Virus record (IMG/VR): IMGVR_UViG_3300036985_007703
Span: 32,001 to 96,000 of that record
From: a virus
DNA: 64,000 nucleotides
Direction: 5' to 3' (one strand)
In this document: positions 45,451-55,061 of the stretch, in pieces
How the letters are laid out: the number at the start of each line of letters is the position of its first letter
How positions within the stretch are numbered: the stretch's first letter is position 1
Position numbers and translations under genes: made by a program
Notes under the pieces: generated by a model
Seen by the model: the letters and a program-made list of their open reading frames with translations, nothing else
Databases searched by the model: none
Told to the model about the DNA's origin: nothing

Positions 45451-48240
45451 CTATTCGACGACCCACACCGTCCCGCCACTCGTGTTCAGCCAGAACACCC
45501 CGTTGGTGCTCTGGTAGTACAACTGCCCCTGCACCCCCGTCACCGTGCCGTTCGGGTTCACCGCCCCCGTGAGCGTCCCCGGCGCGATGACCAACTGATC
45601 GATCGTCGCCAGCGCGCGCTGCACCGTGGTGTCCGCCGCCGTGAGGTTGCGCGAGAAGGTCCCCGCCGTCACCCCCACGTAGGCCGCCTTGTCCGTGAAC
45701 GCGTAGCCCGGCGCCGTGAGGTTGTCGAAGGTCGCCCCCGCCTGGAGGAGGGGCCGCGCGCTGGGGGCATCGAACGCCACCTGCGCGGGGGCCGCCCCCG
45801 TCACGCCGTCCCACCCGAACTTGTAGCTCCCCAGCGCGCTCAGCTCGCAGTCGCTGAGCCCCTGGCCGTCCCCCGTGGGGCCGCCCAGCTTGCCCGCGTA
45901 GCCCCCCGGCGTCCCGCGCGGGTGCACGTCCCACCGGATCGCCCCGCTGAGGATGGTCCCGCGCACCGCCTGGAGCTGCACGCACCCCCGCACGTCCTGC
46001 GCGAACTCGCACCCCCGCACCGTGAGCCACAGCATGTTCTCGGCCGTCAGCACCGTGGCCTCGCGCTCGCCGCCGAGCACGCCCCCGCTGCCCACGCACC
46101 CATTGGCCACCACCTTGAGGGGCCCCGTCCGGCGCCCCGCCGTGAGGCCCCCGCTGGCCGCCGCCAGGATGCTGCCGTCAAGGCGCACCCCCTCGGCGAC
46201 GAGGGTCCCCACCACGTCCCCCAGCGTCGCCGGGTTCGCGTTCTGGTACTCCAGCCCCGCGAGGAGCCCCGCCTGGCGGGCCGTTCCCGTCGCGAGCACG
46301 CACGCCAGGGGGTACGTCGTCAGGCTCTGCCCGTACCAGTCCTCGGGCCGGTAGTACCACTGCACGAGCCCGCTCAGGAGCCAGCGGTCGCCCACCAGGG
46401 CAATCGTCCGCCGGCGCGGGAGCGCGATGGGCCCCGCATAGGTCCCCGGCGCGAGCACGAACTGCACCGGCGCGTCAAACTCCGCGAACGAGGTCGGCGC
46501 CGCCACCGTCCCCACCGCGTGCGTCAGCGTCTGGTAGGGCTTCTGGACCGTCCCGTTGCCCGTCGTGTCGCTGCCATTGTGCCCGTCCACGTGGACGTTG
46601 CCGAACCCCGTGGGGATCGGCGCCCCGCTGGGGCTCAGCGCGTCGAGCGTCACCAGGGCCTTCTGCACCGTGTCGTCCGCGGCGCTCAGGTTCCCGCTGA
46701 ACCCCGCGCTGTCCACGTGCGTGCCGAGCGCGCGCTCCGTAAAGGCATAGCCCCGGCCTCCCGGCGTGGCCCCCGCGTCAAAGTTGTCGAACTGCGGCAC
46801 GCCCCCGCTGGTCAGCACGCGCCACGAGTAGCTGTCGCACCACACGGCCTCGGGCTCGTCCATCGTCGGGTCGGTCCCCGCGTAGCCTGCTTGGAAGGTG
46901 CCCCCGTTGGCGGCCGTGTGCGCGAGCCCCGGCGCGGGGCCATCGATCCACCCGCGCGCGTAGGCCGCCCCGCTCGGCTGCAGGGCGTGGCTCACCACGC
47001 CGAGCTGGCAGTGGTCGAGGGCCCGCAGGCGCACGTTGCCGAGCAGACGCCACCCGCTGAAGTCGCTCCAGCTCGCCACGAGGTCGACCGCGTTGGGGCT
47101 CCACGCCGCCGCCGCGGGCTCCGCCTCGCCGAAGATGCAGGGATAGGGGCTCGTCCCCAGCGTATCCACGAACCGGCACCGCTCGACCGCCAGGGCCATC
47201 GTCCCGCAGGCATCGCCCGCTGTCACCGACCCCGACGCCTGGTTCGTGATGCGCCCATCCCGCCACTCGATCCCCGCCAGCACGAGGCGCTTCTGGGCGG
47301 GCATCGTCGCGCCAGAGCCCACGTTCTGGTTGAAGGCGCGCAGCTGGCCCACCACCCGCGCCGTCACCGCCATGCCAGCTTGCGCGCCATAAAGCACACC
47401 CGCGTCGCCGTAGATCCCCACCGTGGGCTGGTCCGCCACCAGGTCGAGGCCCAGGCTCGCGTACTGCGTCGGGCTGATCCCCCACTCCAGGTCGCCGCTG
47501 ATCACGTAGGCGGCGCCCCGCAGGATCACCGCCTGGCGCCGCGGCAGCGTCACCGCCCCCGCATAGGTGCCCGGCGCGAGCACGAAGATCAGGGGCACCC
47601 GGAAGGCCTCTGCCGTCGCCGCCACGGGCTGCGCGTTCGCCGCCACCACCAGCGTCTTGTAGGGCTTCGCCGGCGTACCGTCCCCGCTCGTGTCGCTCCC
47701 GTACACCGCATCGACGTAGACCACGCCGTAGCCGCCGGGGATCGTGCCCCCGCCGCCGCCGCCGCTGCCCGCATGGGCGAACAGCACCGCCGCGACGCCC
47801 GGCACCATCTTCGCCGCGTTCCACCACGTGATGCTGTAGTCGCCGTTGACGTAGCCCAGCACGCGGTAGTCGGGGTCGATGGGGACGCCGTTCTGCCACA
47901 GCTCCAGGAGGACGGTGGTCTCCGTCGTGGATCCCGCGGGCACGCGCGCCACCACCATCCAATCCGGCTGGAGGGTCAGGGGCACCGCGCTGCTGATGAT
48001 CATGGTGGTCTGCAGGGTGCGGCTCACGAGCCGCGCATCCCCCGCCAACACCAGGCGAAAGCCGCCGCCATGGGGCGCGATCGTCGCCTCGGGCAGATCC
48101 TGGAAGACCCACGCCGCGGCCTCCAGCTGCTCGAAGATCAACGCGTCGATGGCCACGGCAAAGTCGCTAAACTGGTGCCACCACCCCTGGGCGTTCTCGT
48201 TCGGGTAGGGGACCTTGAATCGCGGGGTCTTCGCCGGCAT
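45451..48240 (-). CDS. Tailspike-like protein: TPRF N-terminal domain plus two duplicated DUF1565/pectin-lyase-like modules
   Basis: VYVDAVYGSDTSGDGTPAKPYKTL and VHVDGHNGSDTTGNGTVQKPYQTL, each followed by FVLAPGTYAG. Confidence 0.7.
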   Translation of the reverse strand: MPAKTPRFKVPYPNENAQGWWHQFSDFAVAIDALIFEQLEAAAWVFQDLPEATIAPHGGGFRLVLAGDARLVSRTLQTTMIISSAVPLTLQPDWMVVARVPAGSTTETTVLLELWQNGVPIDPDYRVLGYVNGDYSITWWNAAKMVPGVAAVLFAHAGSGGGGGGTIPGGYGVVYVDAVYGSDTSGDGTPAKPYKTLVVAANAQPVAATAEAFRVPLIFVLAPGTYAGAVTLPRRQAVILRGAAYVISGDLEWGISPTQYASLGLDLVADQPTVGIYGDAGVLYGAQAGMAVTARVVGQLRAFNQNVGSGATMPAQKRLVLAGIEWRDGRITNQASGSVTAGDACGTMALAVERCRFVDTLGTSPYPCIFGEAEPAAAAWSPNAVDLVASWSDFSGWRLLGNVRLRALDHCQLGVVSHALQPSGAAYARGWIDGPAPGLAHTAANGGTFQAGYAGTDPTMDEPEAVWCDSYSWRVLTSGGVPQFDNFDAGATPGGRGYAFTERALGTHVDSAGFSGNLSAADDTVQKALVTLDALSPSGAPIPTGFGNVHVDGHNGSDTTGNGTVQKPYQTLTHAVGTVAAPTSFAEFDAPVQFVLAPGTYAGPIALPRRRTIALVGDRWLLSGLVQWYYRPEDWYGQSLTTYPLACVLATGTARQAGLLAGLEYQNANPATLGDVVGTLVAEGVRLDGSILAAASGGLTAGRRTGPLKVVANGCVGSGGVLGGEREATVLTAENMLWLTVRGCEFAQDVRGCVQLQAVRGTILSGAIRWDVHPRGTPGGYAGKLGGPTGDGQGLSDCELSALGSYKFGWDGVTGAAPAQVAFDAPSARPLLQAGATFDNLTAPGYAFTDKAAYVGVTAGTFSRNLTAADTTVQRALATIDQLVIAPGTLTGAVNPNGTVTGVQGQLYYQSTNGVFWLNTSGGTVWVVE

Positions 48241-48300
48241 CCGCCACCATCTCCTTGAGTGTCATCCACTCAAAATAGGCTTCCCCCCCACACTACCCGA

Positions 48301-48567
48301 TCACGGCACCGCGCGCACGATTTGAGGCACCTCGCGGTTGGCCGGACCACTATCCGGCGGGCACGCGATCCCCTCGCCCGCCTGCACCAGCCCCCCCGAC
48401 ACGTACATGGCCCACCCCCCGATCGTCCGCTCCACCCCCGCCGCATCCAACACCAGGGAGGTCGTCCCCGGCACGCCCTGCGGGGCCTCGGCATCCGTGG
48501 CCAGGGAGGTCGTCCCCGGCACGCCCTGCGCCATCCCCCCGAGCACCGCCCCGTTGTAGCTCGCCAT
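48301..48567 (-). CDS. Small hypothetical protein with QGVPGTTSL duplication
   Basis: GAGGTGA RBS; about 30-bp direct repeat. Confidence 0.55.
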   Translation of the reverse strand: MASYNGAVLGGMAQGVPGTTSLATDAEAPQGVPGTTSLVLDAAGVERTIGGWAMYVSGGLVQAGEGIACPPDSGPANREVPQIVRAVP

Positions 48568-48581
48568 CGCTCACCTCGCCC

Positions 48582-48599
48582 TGCGTACGCGCATGCGCA
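48582..48599. promoter_or_regulatory. 18-bp near-palindrome, copy 8
   Basis: TGCGTACGCGCATGCGCA, intergenic. Confidence 0.7.
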
Positions 48600-48602
48600 G
48601 CC

Positions 48603-49583
48603 TCACGGGATGGCCGGCTGGCTGCCATCCCATCCGATCAGCAGGTCGCCCATGACGATCCAGTCCCAGGGGTCGCCCGTCCCGCGCGCGTAGGCCCCGT
48701 CCGGCAGCACGCTCGGCGCCAGGTACATGTCCCAGGGCTCGCCCGGCTTGCCCCGCGACGCCGTGTTCTCCGAGATGAACCCCGTGGGCAGGAAGTTCCA
48801 GCACCCGTCCCCGTCCGGCCGGTTCAGCAGCGTCTCCGTGACGAGCCCGCCCTTCGCGGTCTCCCCGCTGAGCCGCAGCGTCGTCGTCGAGGCCGCCAGC
48901 GTCGTCTTGGGGCCCGCCGCCGCCGTCTGCACGAGGTTCGCGATCGTCGGCGCCTTGATGAATCCCACGTAGGGGTTGGTCCAGTACGTCTCGGGGTTCC
49001 GCGCCTTCTCGAGCCACAACATCGCCTGGACTACCCCGCCGTTGCAGAGGAAGGCCCGCGTACTCTGTCCATCCGACGCCATGACCCGCAGACATCCCCC
49101 ACTGGCCGTCGTCGGCAACGTCGTCGGAAGAATCGCTCCTGCGAGCAGGGACACGGCATCGGTCGCTGTCGGTGCTGCCGTCGTACTGCCGCCCGTGAAT
49201 CCGGCGGCGGGCGAGATCGAGATGTTCATGGACTGGCCCTGCGCTGACGCGATCGAGCAGTCGAGGAGGAGCTGCATGTAGCCCGGCGCCACCCCGACGT
49301 TCGCCTGCTGAAGCACGATCCACGACCGTGCGCCACTCGTCGCGAACGTGATCTTCGAGTAGTCCGTCCAGCGGTCCACCGTGTCACTGACGCTCGCCGT
49401 GACGCCATCGCTGGACCCCCGCACCGCCCACGCATTCGGCCCCGCCTTGACCCCATTGTTCCCGTACTGGAGAGACTCCTTGAGGTCCCACCAAATCCAC
49501 TTGTTCAGCGTCAGAATCACGTAACTTGCATCCGCGTGGTAGAGATTCTTAGCCACCCACGACTTGACCCGCGTCAACGCCAT
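48603..49583 (-). CDS. KTW-family paralog 7 (putative tail/receptor-binding subunit)
   Basis: VKSW...WAVRGSSDG...DRW...SWIVL...GFTGGSTTAAPTATD. Confidence 0.7.
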   Translation of the reverse strand: MALTRVKSWVAKNLYHADASYVILTLNKWIWWDLKESLQYGNNGVKAGPNAWAVRGSSDGVTASVSDTVDRWTDYSKITFATSGARSWIVLQQANVGVAPGYMQLLLDCSIASAQGQSMNISISPAAGFTGGSTTAAPTATDAVSLLAGAILPTTLPTTASGGCLRVMASDGQSTRAFLCNGGVVQAMLWLEKARNPETYWTNPYVGFIKAPTIANLVQTAAAGPKTTLAASTTTLRLSGETAKGGLVTETLLNRPDGDGCWNFLPTGFISENTASRGKPGEPWDMYLAPSVLPDGAYARGTGDPWDWIVMGDLLIGWDGSQPAIP

Positions 49584-49592
49584 CGCGCCCTC

Positions 49593-50642
49593 CTAGTCGA
49601 GCACGACGGCCCCGCCGTCGCTCGCGTGCATGATGTCCCCGACGACCACCCACTGGCGGGTTCCGTCGTTCGGGTAGTAGTCGCCATTCGCCATGTTCTG
49701 GTGCACCCAGTAAGCATCTGCCAACAATCCTATGTAGCCCGTCGACAGCCCCAACGTACCAACACATCCCACGGGACTGCACATCCAGTTACCATTCGGG
49801 TCCGCCCCACCCAGGATCGCCTGCTTTCCCAAGGCCCCCGCCGTCCCAAGCCCATCTGCGCTGAGGTACACCGGTACCCCCCTAGCCCCTGATATGCGCG
49901 TATACAGCCCCACCGCCTCGTTGCAATTGGCATACAGTGGGAATGGCCCCCCTGCGACATACGTGCGATCCAACCATGTCTTTGGACTTTGCATGTGCTC
50001 GAAACACCACATCGCTACACGCGTCCCACCGTTGGAGGAGAACAAGATCCGCGTCATCTTGCGATCGGGTGTTACCAACAGATTGAACCCACGCGGAACA
50101 TCGGCTGTATCGAAGGTGAAGTTGCCAGCCCCATCTGTCGTTGACAGCAATAATACCTCATCGCTTGCTGTCGGCCGCGCATTGACCGCCCCTCCTACAA
50201 ACCCACCGCCGTCAGATTCCATGATCTCAGTCGGAGAAACATTCTCTCGATAAAAGTTAAACTTCACACTGATGCAGATCTGATACCCCGCCCCAACCGC
50301 ACTAATGGCCGTATTCCGCAACACAATCCAAGAAAAATTGTCAAAATATCCGTTGATGTACGGTCTTCCCCCCACATTGTCCGCTGTCACCCAGCGATCC
50401 ACCCCATCCATCCCGGCAACGAACGGCGGCGATCCACTTGGCGTGTACCCACAACTTCCCATGACCACCCACCCCTTGGCCACGAGCGCTTCCTTGGTCA
50501 GGAAAAGCAACTTGCGCGTGGCACGACGAAACAGGTCCTCTGTCCCGTTACTGCATGGCTGGGCTACCGGAAGATTCAACCCCCCTGCTGCCACGCCCCC
50601 GTACACCCGTTCCCACGTGAACTCGCGCACTGGCGCCGCCAT
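49593..50642 (-). CDS. KTW-family paralog 6
   Basis: FTW...GWVVMGSCG...GMDGVDRW...FSWIVLRN...RPTASDE. Confidence 0.7.
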   Translation of the reverse strand: MAAPVREFTWERVYGGVAAGGLNLPVAQPCSNGTEDLFRRATRKLLFLTKEALVAKGWVVMGSCGYTPSGSPPFVAGMDGVDRWVTADNVGGRPYINGYFDNFSWIVLRNTAISAVGAGYQICISVKFNFYRENVSPTEIMESDGGGFVGGAVNARPTASDEVLLLSTTDGAGNFTFDTADVPRGFNLLVTPDRKMTRILFSSNGGTRVAMWCFEHMQSPKTWLDRTYVAGGPFPLYANCNEAVGLYTRISGARGVPVYLSADGLGTAGALGKQAILGGADPNGNWMCSPVGCVGTLGLSTGYIGLLADAYWVHQNMANGDYYPNDGTRQWVVVGDIMHASDGGAVVLD

Positions 50643-50643
50643 C

Positions 50644-50871
50644 TCACACCTCCCGGCGCGGCCATCGCCGCGTCAAATAGGGCACCGCCCGGATGATCTG
50701 CGCGTACCACGCCGGACACGTCGCCCCGAGCGTCCCCTGGGCCGGATCCAGCGCGTAGCTCTCCATGCCCACCTGGGCTCCACCCACCGCCGGGTCCACC
50801 GCGCAACTCGCGATCGTGATCATCGCGCCGCTGCTGGCGGGATTGACCTCGTACGCGTTGACGTTCGCCAT
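50644..50871 (-). CDS. Small hypothetical protein
   Basis: GGAGG RBS; fills the gap exactly; IIRAVP C-terminal motif echoes IVRAVP of 48301..48567. Confidence 0.55.
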   Translation of the reverse strand: MANVNAYEVNPASSGAMITIASCAVDPAVGGAQVGMESYALDPAQGTLGATCPAWYAQIIRAVPYLTRRWPRREV

Positions 50872-50880
50872 CGACCCCTC

Positions 50881-51924
50881 CTAAGGCAGCATCAAGTGCG
50901 TGCCGTCCCACGGGACGATCATGTTGTAGAGATTGATGAACTGACGCTCGCCCCCGCCCGTCGAGGCGATGTACTCGCCCAGCGGCATGCTCTGGGGCGC
51001 CAGCCACAGATCGAAGAACTCCCCGAGGCGCCCGCGCATCACCGTCGAGCAACTGATGATGCCCGCTGGGGAGACCACCCACTCCCCGTTGAAGTCCGGC
51101 CGCTGTAGGGGCGCCTTGTTGATGATCCACCCGTAATAGAACCCGCCGGGACCGATCCCCGAGATCCCCGTCCCCTCGGCCGTGAACCGCGCCGTGATCG
51201 GCGTGGTCCCCACGCGCGCCTTGAGGGGCTCGACCGCCGTGGAACTGCCATGGGAGTACCACTGCCACACCGCATAGGAATAGGGATACCCCACGGCAAA
51301 CACGCACGGGTTGGCCCACCAACTCACGGGATCCTTCGCCTTCTCCATGAGCAACAACACTGTCGGCGGCCACAAACTCGAATCCACGGCCCCCGCCTGG
51401 GAGAAGAACACCCGCGTGACCTCGCCATCCGTGCTCTTCACGCAATTCACGCCCACCGTATAGGGCGCATACAGGTTGCTCGACGTGTGGTTGGTGTTCA
51501 GCCACGTCGCCTCATCGCTGGCCGTCGGCCGCACGATCGTCGTGCCCCCCGAGAACCCCACGCTGAAGCTCACCGCGAAGTTCGCATACGAGTGTGAGGC
51601 CACCTTCAGGTCGATGAGGAGCTGGTAGTACCCCGGCGCGAGGCCCATCGCAGGCTGCTGGAGAATGATCCAGGAGTGCGCCGTCGTCGCGTGGGCGATG
51701 AACTTGGTGTAGTCCGTCAGGCGGTCCACGCCGTCCATGCCGTAGGTCGTCCCATCACAGGACCCCACCACCGTCCAGGCCCCCGGCCCGCCCTTGACGC
51801 CCCCGCTACCGTACTGCAGGGCCTCCTTGAGCGCCCAGAGGTTCCCCTTGCCGATGTCCGTCCCACTGGGGAACTGCACGGACACCATCTTGGTGAAGTA
51901 GGTCTTGACCTTCGTCAGCGCCAC
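50881..51924 (-). CDS. KTW-family paralog 5
   Basis: GTG 51924 (MALTKVKTY); WTVVGSCDG...GMDGVDR...HSWIILQQ...RPTASDE. Confidence 0.7.
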   Translation of the reverse strand: MALTKVKTYFTKMVSVQFPSGTDIGKGNLWALKEALQYGSGGVKGGPGAWTVVGSCDGTTYGMDGVDRLTDYTKFIAHATTAHSWIILQQPAMGLAPGYYQLLIDLKVASHSYANFAVSFSVGFSGGTTIVRPTASDEATWLNTNHTSSNLYAPYTVGVNCVKSTDGEVTRVFFSQAGAVDSSLWPPTVLLLMEKAKDPVSWWANPCVFAVGYPYSYAVWQWYSHGSSTAVEPLKARVGTTPITARFTAEGTGISGIGPGGFYYGWIINKAPLQRPDFNGEWVVSPAGIISCSTVMRGRLGEFFDLWLAPQSMPLGEYIASTGGGERQFINLYNMIVPWDGTHLMLP

Positions 51925-51934
51925 GCCATCCTCC

Positions 51935-52990
51935 TCAGTCCAGCGGTACGGGGTTGCCGTCATTCGGCAACAACAGATCGCCGAACACGAAGAAATCGAA
52001 GGTCGCTGTCGGTAGATACTCGCCCGTCGCCATCGACTGGGGGATGTACCAGAGATCCTCGCGCCGCCCGAACCACCCCGCAATCGCGCCGAACGCACTG
52101 ACCCCCACGCGCGTCGCGATCCAATTACCCCCGCCGTCGACCGTCTGCGTGTAGTCCAACTGGCCCAGCGCCGCCCGCTCGTAGTAGTTGTTCGCGAACC
52201 CCGTCGTCTCGGAGGTGTTGGCCACGTGGACCTTGTAATCGCCCATCCGTGTGACCATGCGATCGAGATTGTCCGTCTGTCCCGCCCCGTCGAACGACCC
52301 CGAACGATAGTATGGCCCTGCCACCTGCGCGATGTACGGCTTATCCCACCACGCCCGGCGCCCCGCTGTGGCCGACAGCTCGAAGCACCACACGTAATTC
52401 AGATAGTGATCCGCCCCCTCATGCTGCGTCATGAGGATCCGCGTCATCGTGTGATCGGTGGTCCACAGGCAGTTGACCCCTACGGTGCCATAACTGCCGT
52501 AACACGCCGATCGGTAGTATGCGTACTCCCACTTATCCATAATCAGGTGCTCGTCACTCGCCGTGGGCCGCGTCGTCGTCGAGCCCCCCGTGAACCCTCC
52601 GCCCCACGAGTCCACGAGCGTCATGTAGTGCGACTGGTTCACCGTCGCATTACACGCGATGCAGATCTGATACCCGTTTCCACTCGCGTTGATCGCCGTG
52701 TTCCGCAGCACGATCCACGAGAAATACCCGCCCGTCGTCTCGGTCCAGCGCACCGCCACAGCATCCGGCCAACGGTCCACGCCATCCATGCCGCTGGCCC
52801 ACGCCGCCCCCACGTAGCCGCAACTGCCCACGACGGTCCACCCCGCGCCGAGCAGCAGCGTCTTGATGGCCCACATGTTCGCGCGGTGCCCCGGCGAGAA
52901 GTTCGTCTGCCCCGCCTGCGCCGGGGGCACGTCCGCCAGCGTCACCTGGCGGTACGCCCGCTGCCACGTCTTGACCTTCGTGATCGCCAT
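51935..52990 (-). CDS. KTW-family paralog 4
   Basis: VKTW...GWTVVGSCG...GMDGVDRW...FSWIVLRN...GFTGGSTTTRPTASDE. Confidence 0.7.
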   Translation of the reverse strand: MAITKVKTWQRAYRQVTLADVPPAQAGQTNFSPGHRANMWAIKTLLLGAGWTVVGSCGYVGAAWASGMDGVDRWPDAVAVRWTETTGGYFSWIVLRNTAINASGNGYQICIACNATVNQSHYMTLVDSWGGGFTGGSTTTRPTASDEHLIMDKWEYAYYRSACYGSYGTVGVNCLWTTDHTMTRILMTQHEGADHYLNYVWCFELSATAGRRAWWDKPYIAQVAGPYYRSGSFDGAGQTDNLDRMVTRMGDYKVHVANTSETTGFANNYYERAALGQLDYTQTVDGGGNWIATRVGVSAFGAIAGWFGRREDLWYIPQSMATGEYLPTATFDFFVFGDLLLPNDGNPVPLD

Positions 52991-52993
52991 CGC

Positions 52994-53956
52994 CTACACC
53001 TCGAAGCCCAGGCCGCGCAGGGCCACGTGGACCGTCACGGGGGTGGCCCCCGCGTTGCTGACCCGCCAGTAGAGGGTGCCCCCCGTGAGCCCCTCGATCC
53101 CCGCCGGGTTGCGGTCCACCCAGGGGCCGTCCACCGCCGGGTTCCACCGCGCCTCGACCCCCGCGTAGCCGATCTGGTAGAGCAGGGTCGGCCCGCCCGT
53201 GAAGGCCGCGTCCCCCAGCTCGATGTCGACCGCCTCGGAGGCCCCCGCTGTCACCGTCGCCACGAGGCTGTAGAGGACTCCCTCGCCCACCCCGATGACG
53301 ACCGCCCCCAGCGCCACCTCGCCGTTCGGCACGGCCGCCTCGAACGTCGCCGCCCAGCGCCGCGCATGCAGGTCCCCGTCGTCCAGGTGCTCGCGCACCT
53401 CCTGGGCCATCGACACGTGGGCGGTGCCCCCATCGCTGGAGAGCCCGCGCGCCCAGATCGCCTCCGTCGCCACGCCGCCCCCCGCGTGCGAGAAGAGCCG
53501 CGCGGTCTCCCCGACCGTCAGGACGCTCGCGTTCCACCACGCGATCGAGGAGTCCGCCCGCACGTAACCCAGCACGCGGTAGTCCGCCTCGATGGGCACC
53601 CCGTTCTGCCGCAGCTCCAGGGCCGTCGTCGCCGCGGCCCGCGCCCCGCTCGTCACGCGCACCACCACGACCCACCCCGGCACGAGGGCCAGGGGGCTCG
53701 CATAGCCGATGGTCACCTGCGTCTGGTAGGTGCGGCTCAGCGCGATGCAGGGCCCCAGCAGGCGCAGCTGATAGCCGCCCCCCGCAGCCTCGATCGTCGC
53801 CTCGGGCAGCGCCACGAAGGTCCACGCGTTGGCCTCCAGCCCCCCCAGCATGGCCGTGTCGATGCTCGTCGCGAAGTCCTGGAAGACCTCCCACCAGCTC
53901 TCCGCCGTGCTGCCCGGATAGGGGAACCTGAACCGCGGGGTCTCCTGGCGCGCCAT
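52994..53956 (-). CDS. TPRF-family tail protein 2
   Basis: First ~160 aa closely paralogous to those of 57130..58644. Confidence 0.75.
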   Translation of the reverse strand: MARQETPRFRFPYPGSTAESWWEVFQDFATSIDTAMLGGLEANAWTFVALPEATIEAAGGGYQLRLLGPCIALSRTYQTQVTIGYASPLALVPGWVVVVRVTSGARAAATTALELRQNGVPIEADYRVLGYVRADSSIAWWNASVLTVGETARLFSHAGGGVATEAIWARGLSSDGGTAHVSMAQEVREHLDDGDLHARRWAATFEAAVPNGEVALGAVVIGVGEGVLYSLVATVTAGASEAVDIELGDAAFTGGPTLLYQIGYAGVEARWNPAVDGPWVDRNPAGIEGLTGGTLYWRVSNAGATPVTVHVALRGLGFEV

Positions 53957-53957
53957 C

Positions 53958-54149
53958 CTAGTCTCCCGGCTCCTCGACCCTCGTGAGGATCCCGCCGTAG
54001 CCCCCCGCCTGGTTGATCGTCAGCTCGACGAGGATCGGGGATCCCCCCCCCGTGTCCGTGGGGTCGTTGGCGATGGTCTGGATCTGCTCCAAGGGGAGAT
54101 CATCCAGCCACGCACTAGGGATCCAACTGGTCCGATTAGCCATCGCCAC
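53958..54149 (-). CDS. Small hypothetical protein
   Basis: 63 aa, fills the gap between coupled genes. Confidence 0.5.
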   Translation of the reverse strand: MAMANRTSWIPSAWLDDLPLEQIQTIANDPTDTGGGSPILVELTINQAGGYGGILTRVEEPGD

Positions 54150-54152
54150 CTC

Positions 54153-55061
54153 CTACAACGTGAGCGCCGTGCCGTCGTTGCCCAACACGAGGTTGCCGAT
54201 CACGATCTGCTGCCGCGAGCCATCCCCCGGAAAGGCATCGCCCACAGCCAGCGAGGCCAGGACAAACCACAGGTCCTGGAGATGTCCAAGGTGCCCATGC
54301 CGGGGCACCCCAGAGCACTGGATCTGCGCGTAATCCACTGGCCAGGATCCCTGGTTGTCTCCCGCAGCGCCGGCCATGGACGCACTGAGGCGATGCCACA
54401 CGTAGTGCGACATCCGGTTGGACCCCACGATCGCTTGGCTCGCACTGCTGCCGAAGTCAGCATACACCCCGCTCCCCAAGCTCATCAGCACGAAGTTCGG
54501 CGCGGTGTACCACGGCTGGACCGTGTGCGGCCGATCGAAGATCATGAACCCCGTCACCGTCGTCGGCCCCATGAAGATCCGCGTGCACTGGTAGTCCGAT
54601 GAGCTGAACACGTTGGCGGACACCGTCGTCGCGGCCACGTAGGTCTTCCACCCGATGGCCGCCTGCTTGTACCCGAACGTCGAGGTCGGCGCGTTCGTCA
54701 GGGATCCCCCCGTGAAGCCCACCAGCGAGAACGTGCAGTCGCAATAGATCGCGCTCGACGCCGAGGTGAAGTTCCAGAGCACCTGGAACCCCGTCGCAAT
54801 GTGGTCGTTCTGGAGCAGCACCCAGGAGTGGTTGATGCCCTCCGCCGCCGGCACGAGGTGCGCGGGATCATCCGCCGTGATGCGGTCCCCCGCGCCCGCG
54901 GAATCCACGCCGTTGCTCGTCGCCACGCAGGCCCACCCGCAGTTGGCCACGAGGTGCTTGTAGATGCGCTCGAACAGGATCCGCGCGGCGTTTTCCGCCG
55001 TCGACCCCGTGGCGGTCAGCCGCGTCTTCGCCCAGGTCTTGGCGTTGGAAATCTCAGCCAT
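54153..55061 (-). CDS. KTW-family paralog 3
   Basis: Start reassigned to ATG 55061 (MAEISNAKTW); GWACVATSNG...HSWVLLQN...GFTGGS. Confidence 0.7.
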   Translation of the reverse strand: MAEISNAKTWAKTRLTATGSTAENAARILFERIYKHLVANCGWACVATSNGVDSAGAGDRITADDPAHLVPAAEGINHSWVLLQNDHIATGFQVLWNFTSASSAIYCDCTFSLVGFTGGSLTNAPTSTFGYKQAAIGWKTYVAATTVSANVFSSSDYQCTRIFMGPTTVTGFMIFDRPHTVQPWYTAPNFVLMSLGSGVYADFGSSASQAIVGSNRMSHYVWHRLSASMAGAAGDNQGSWPVDYAQIQCSGVPRHGHLGHLQDLWFVLASLAVGDAFPGDGSRQQIVIGNLVLGNDGTALTL

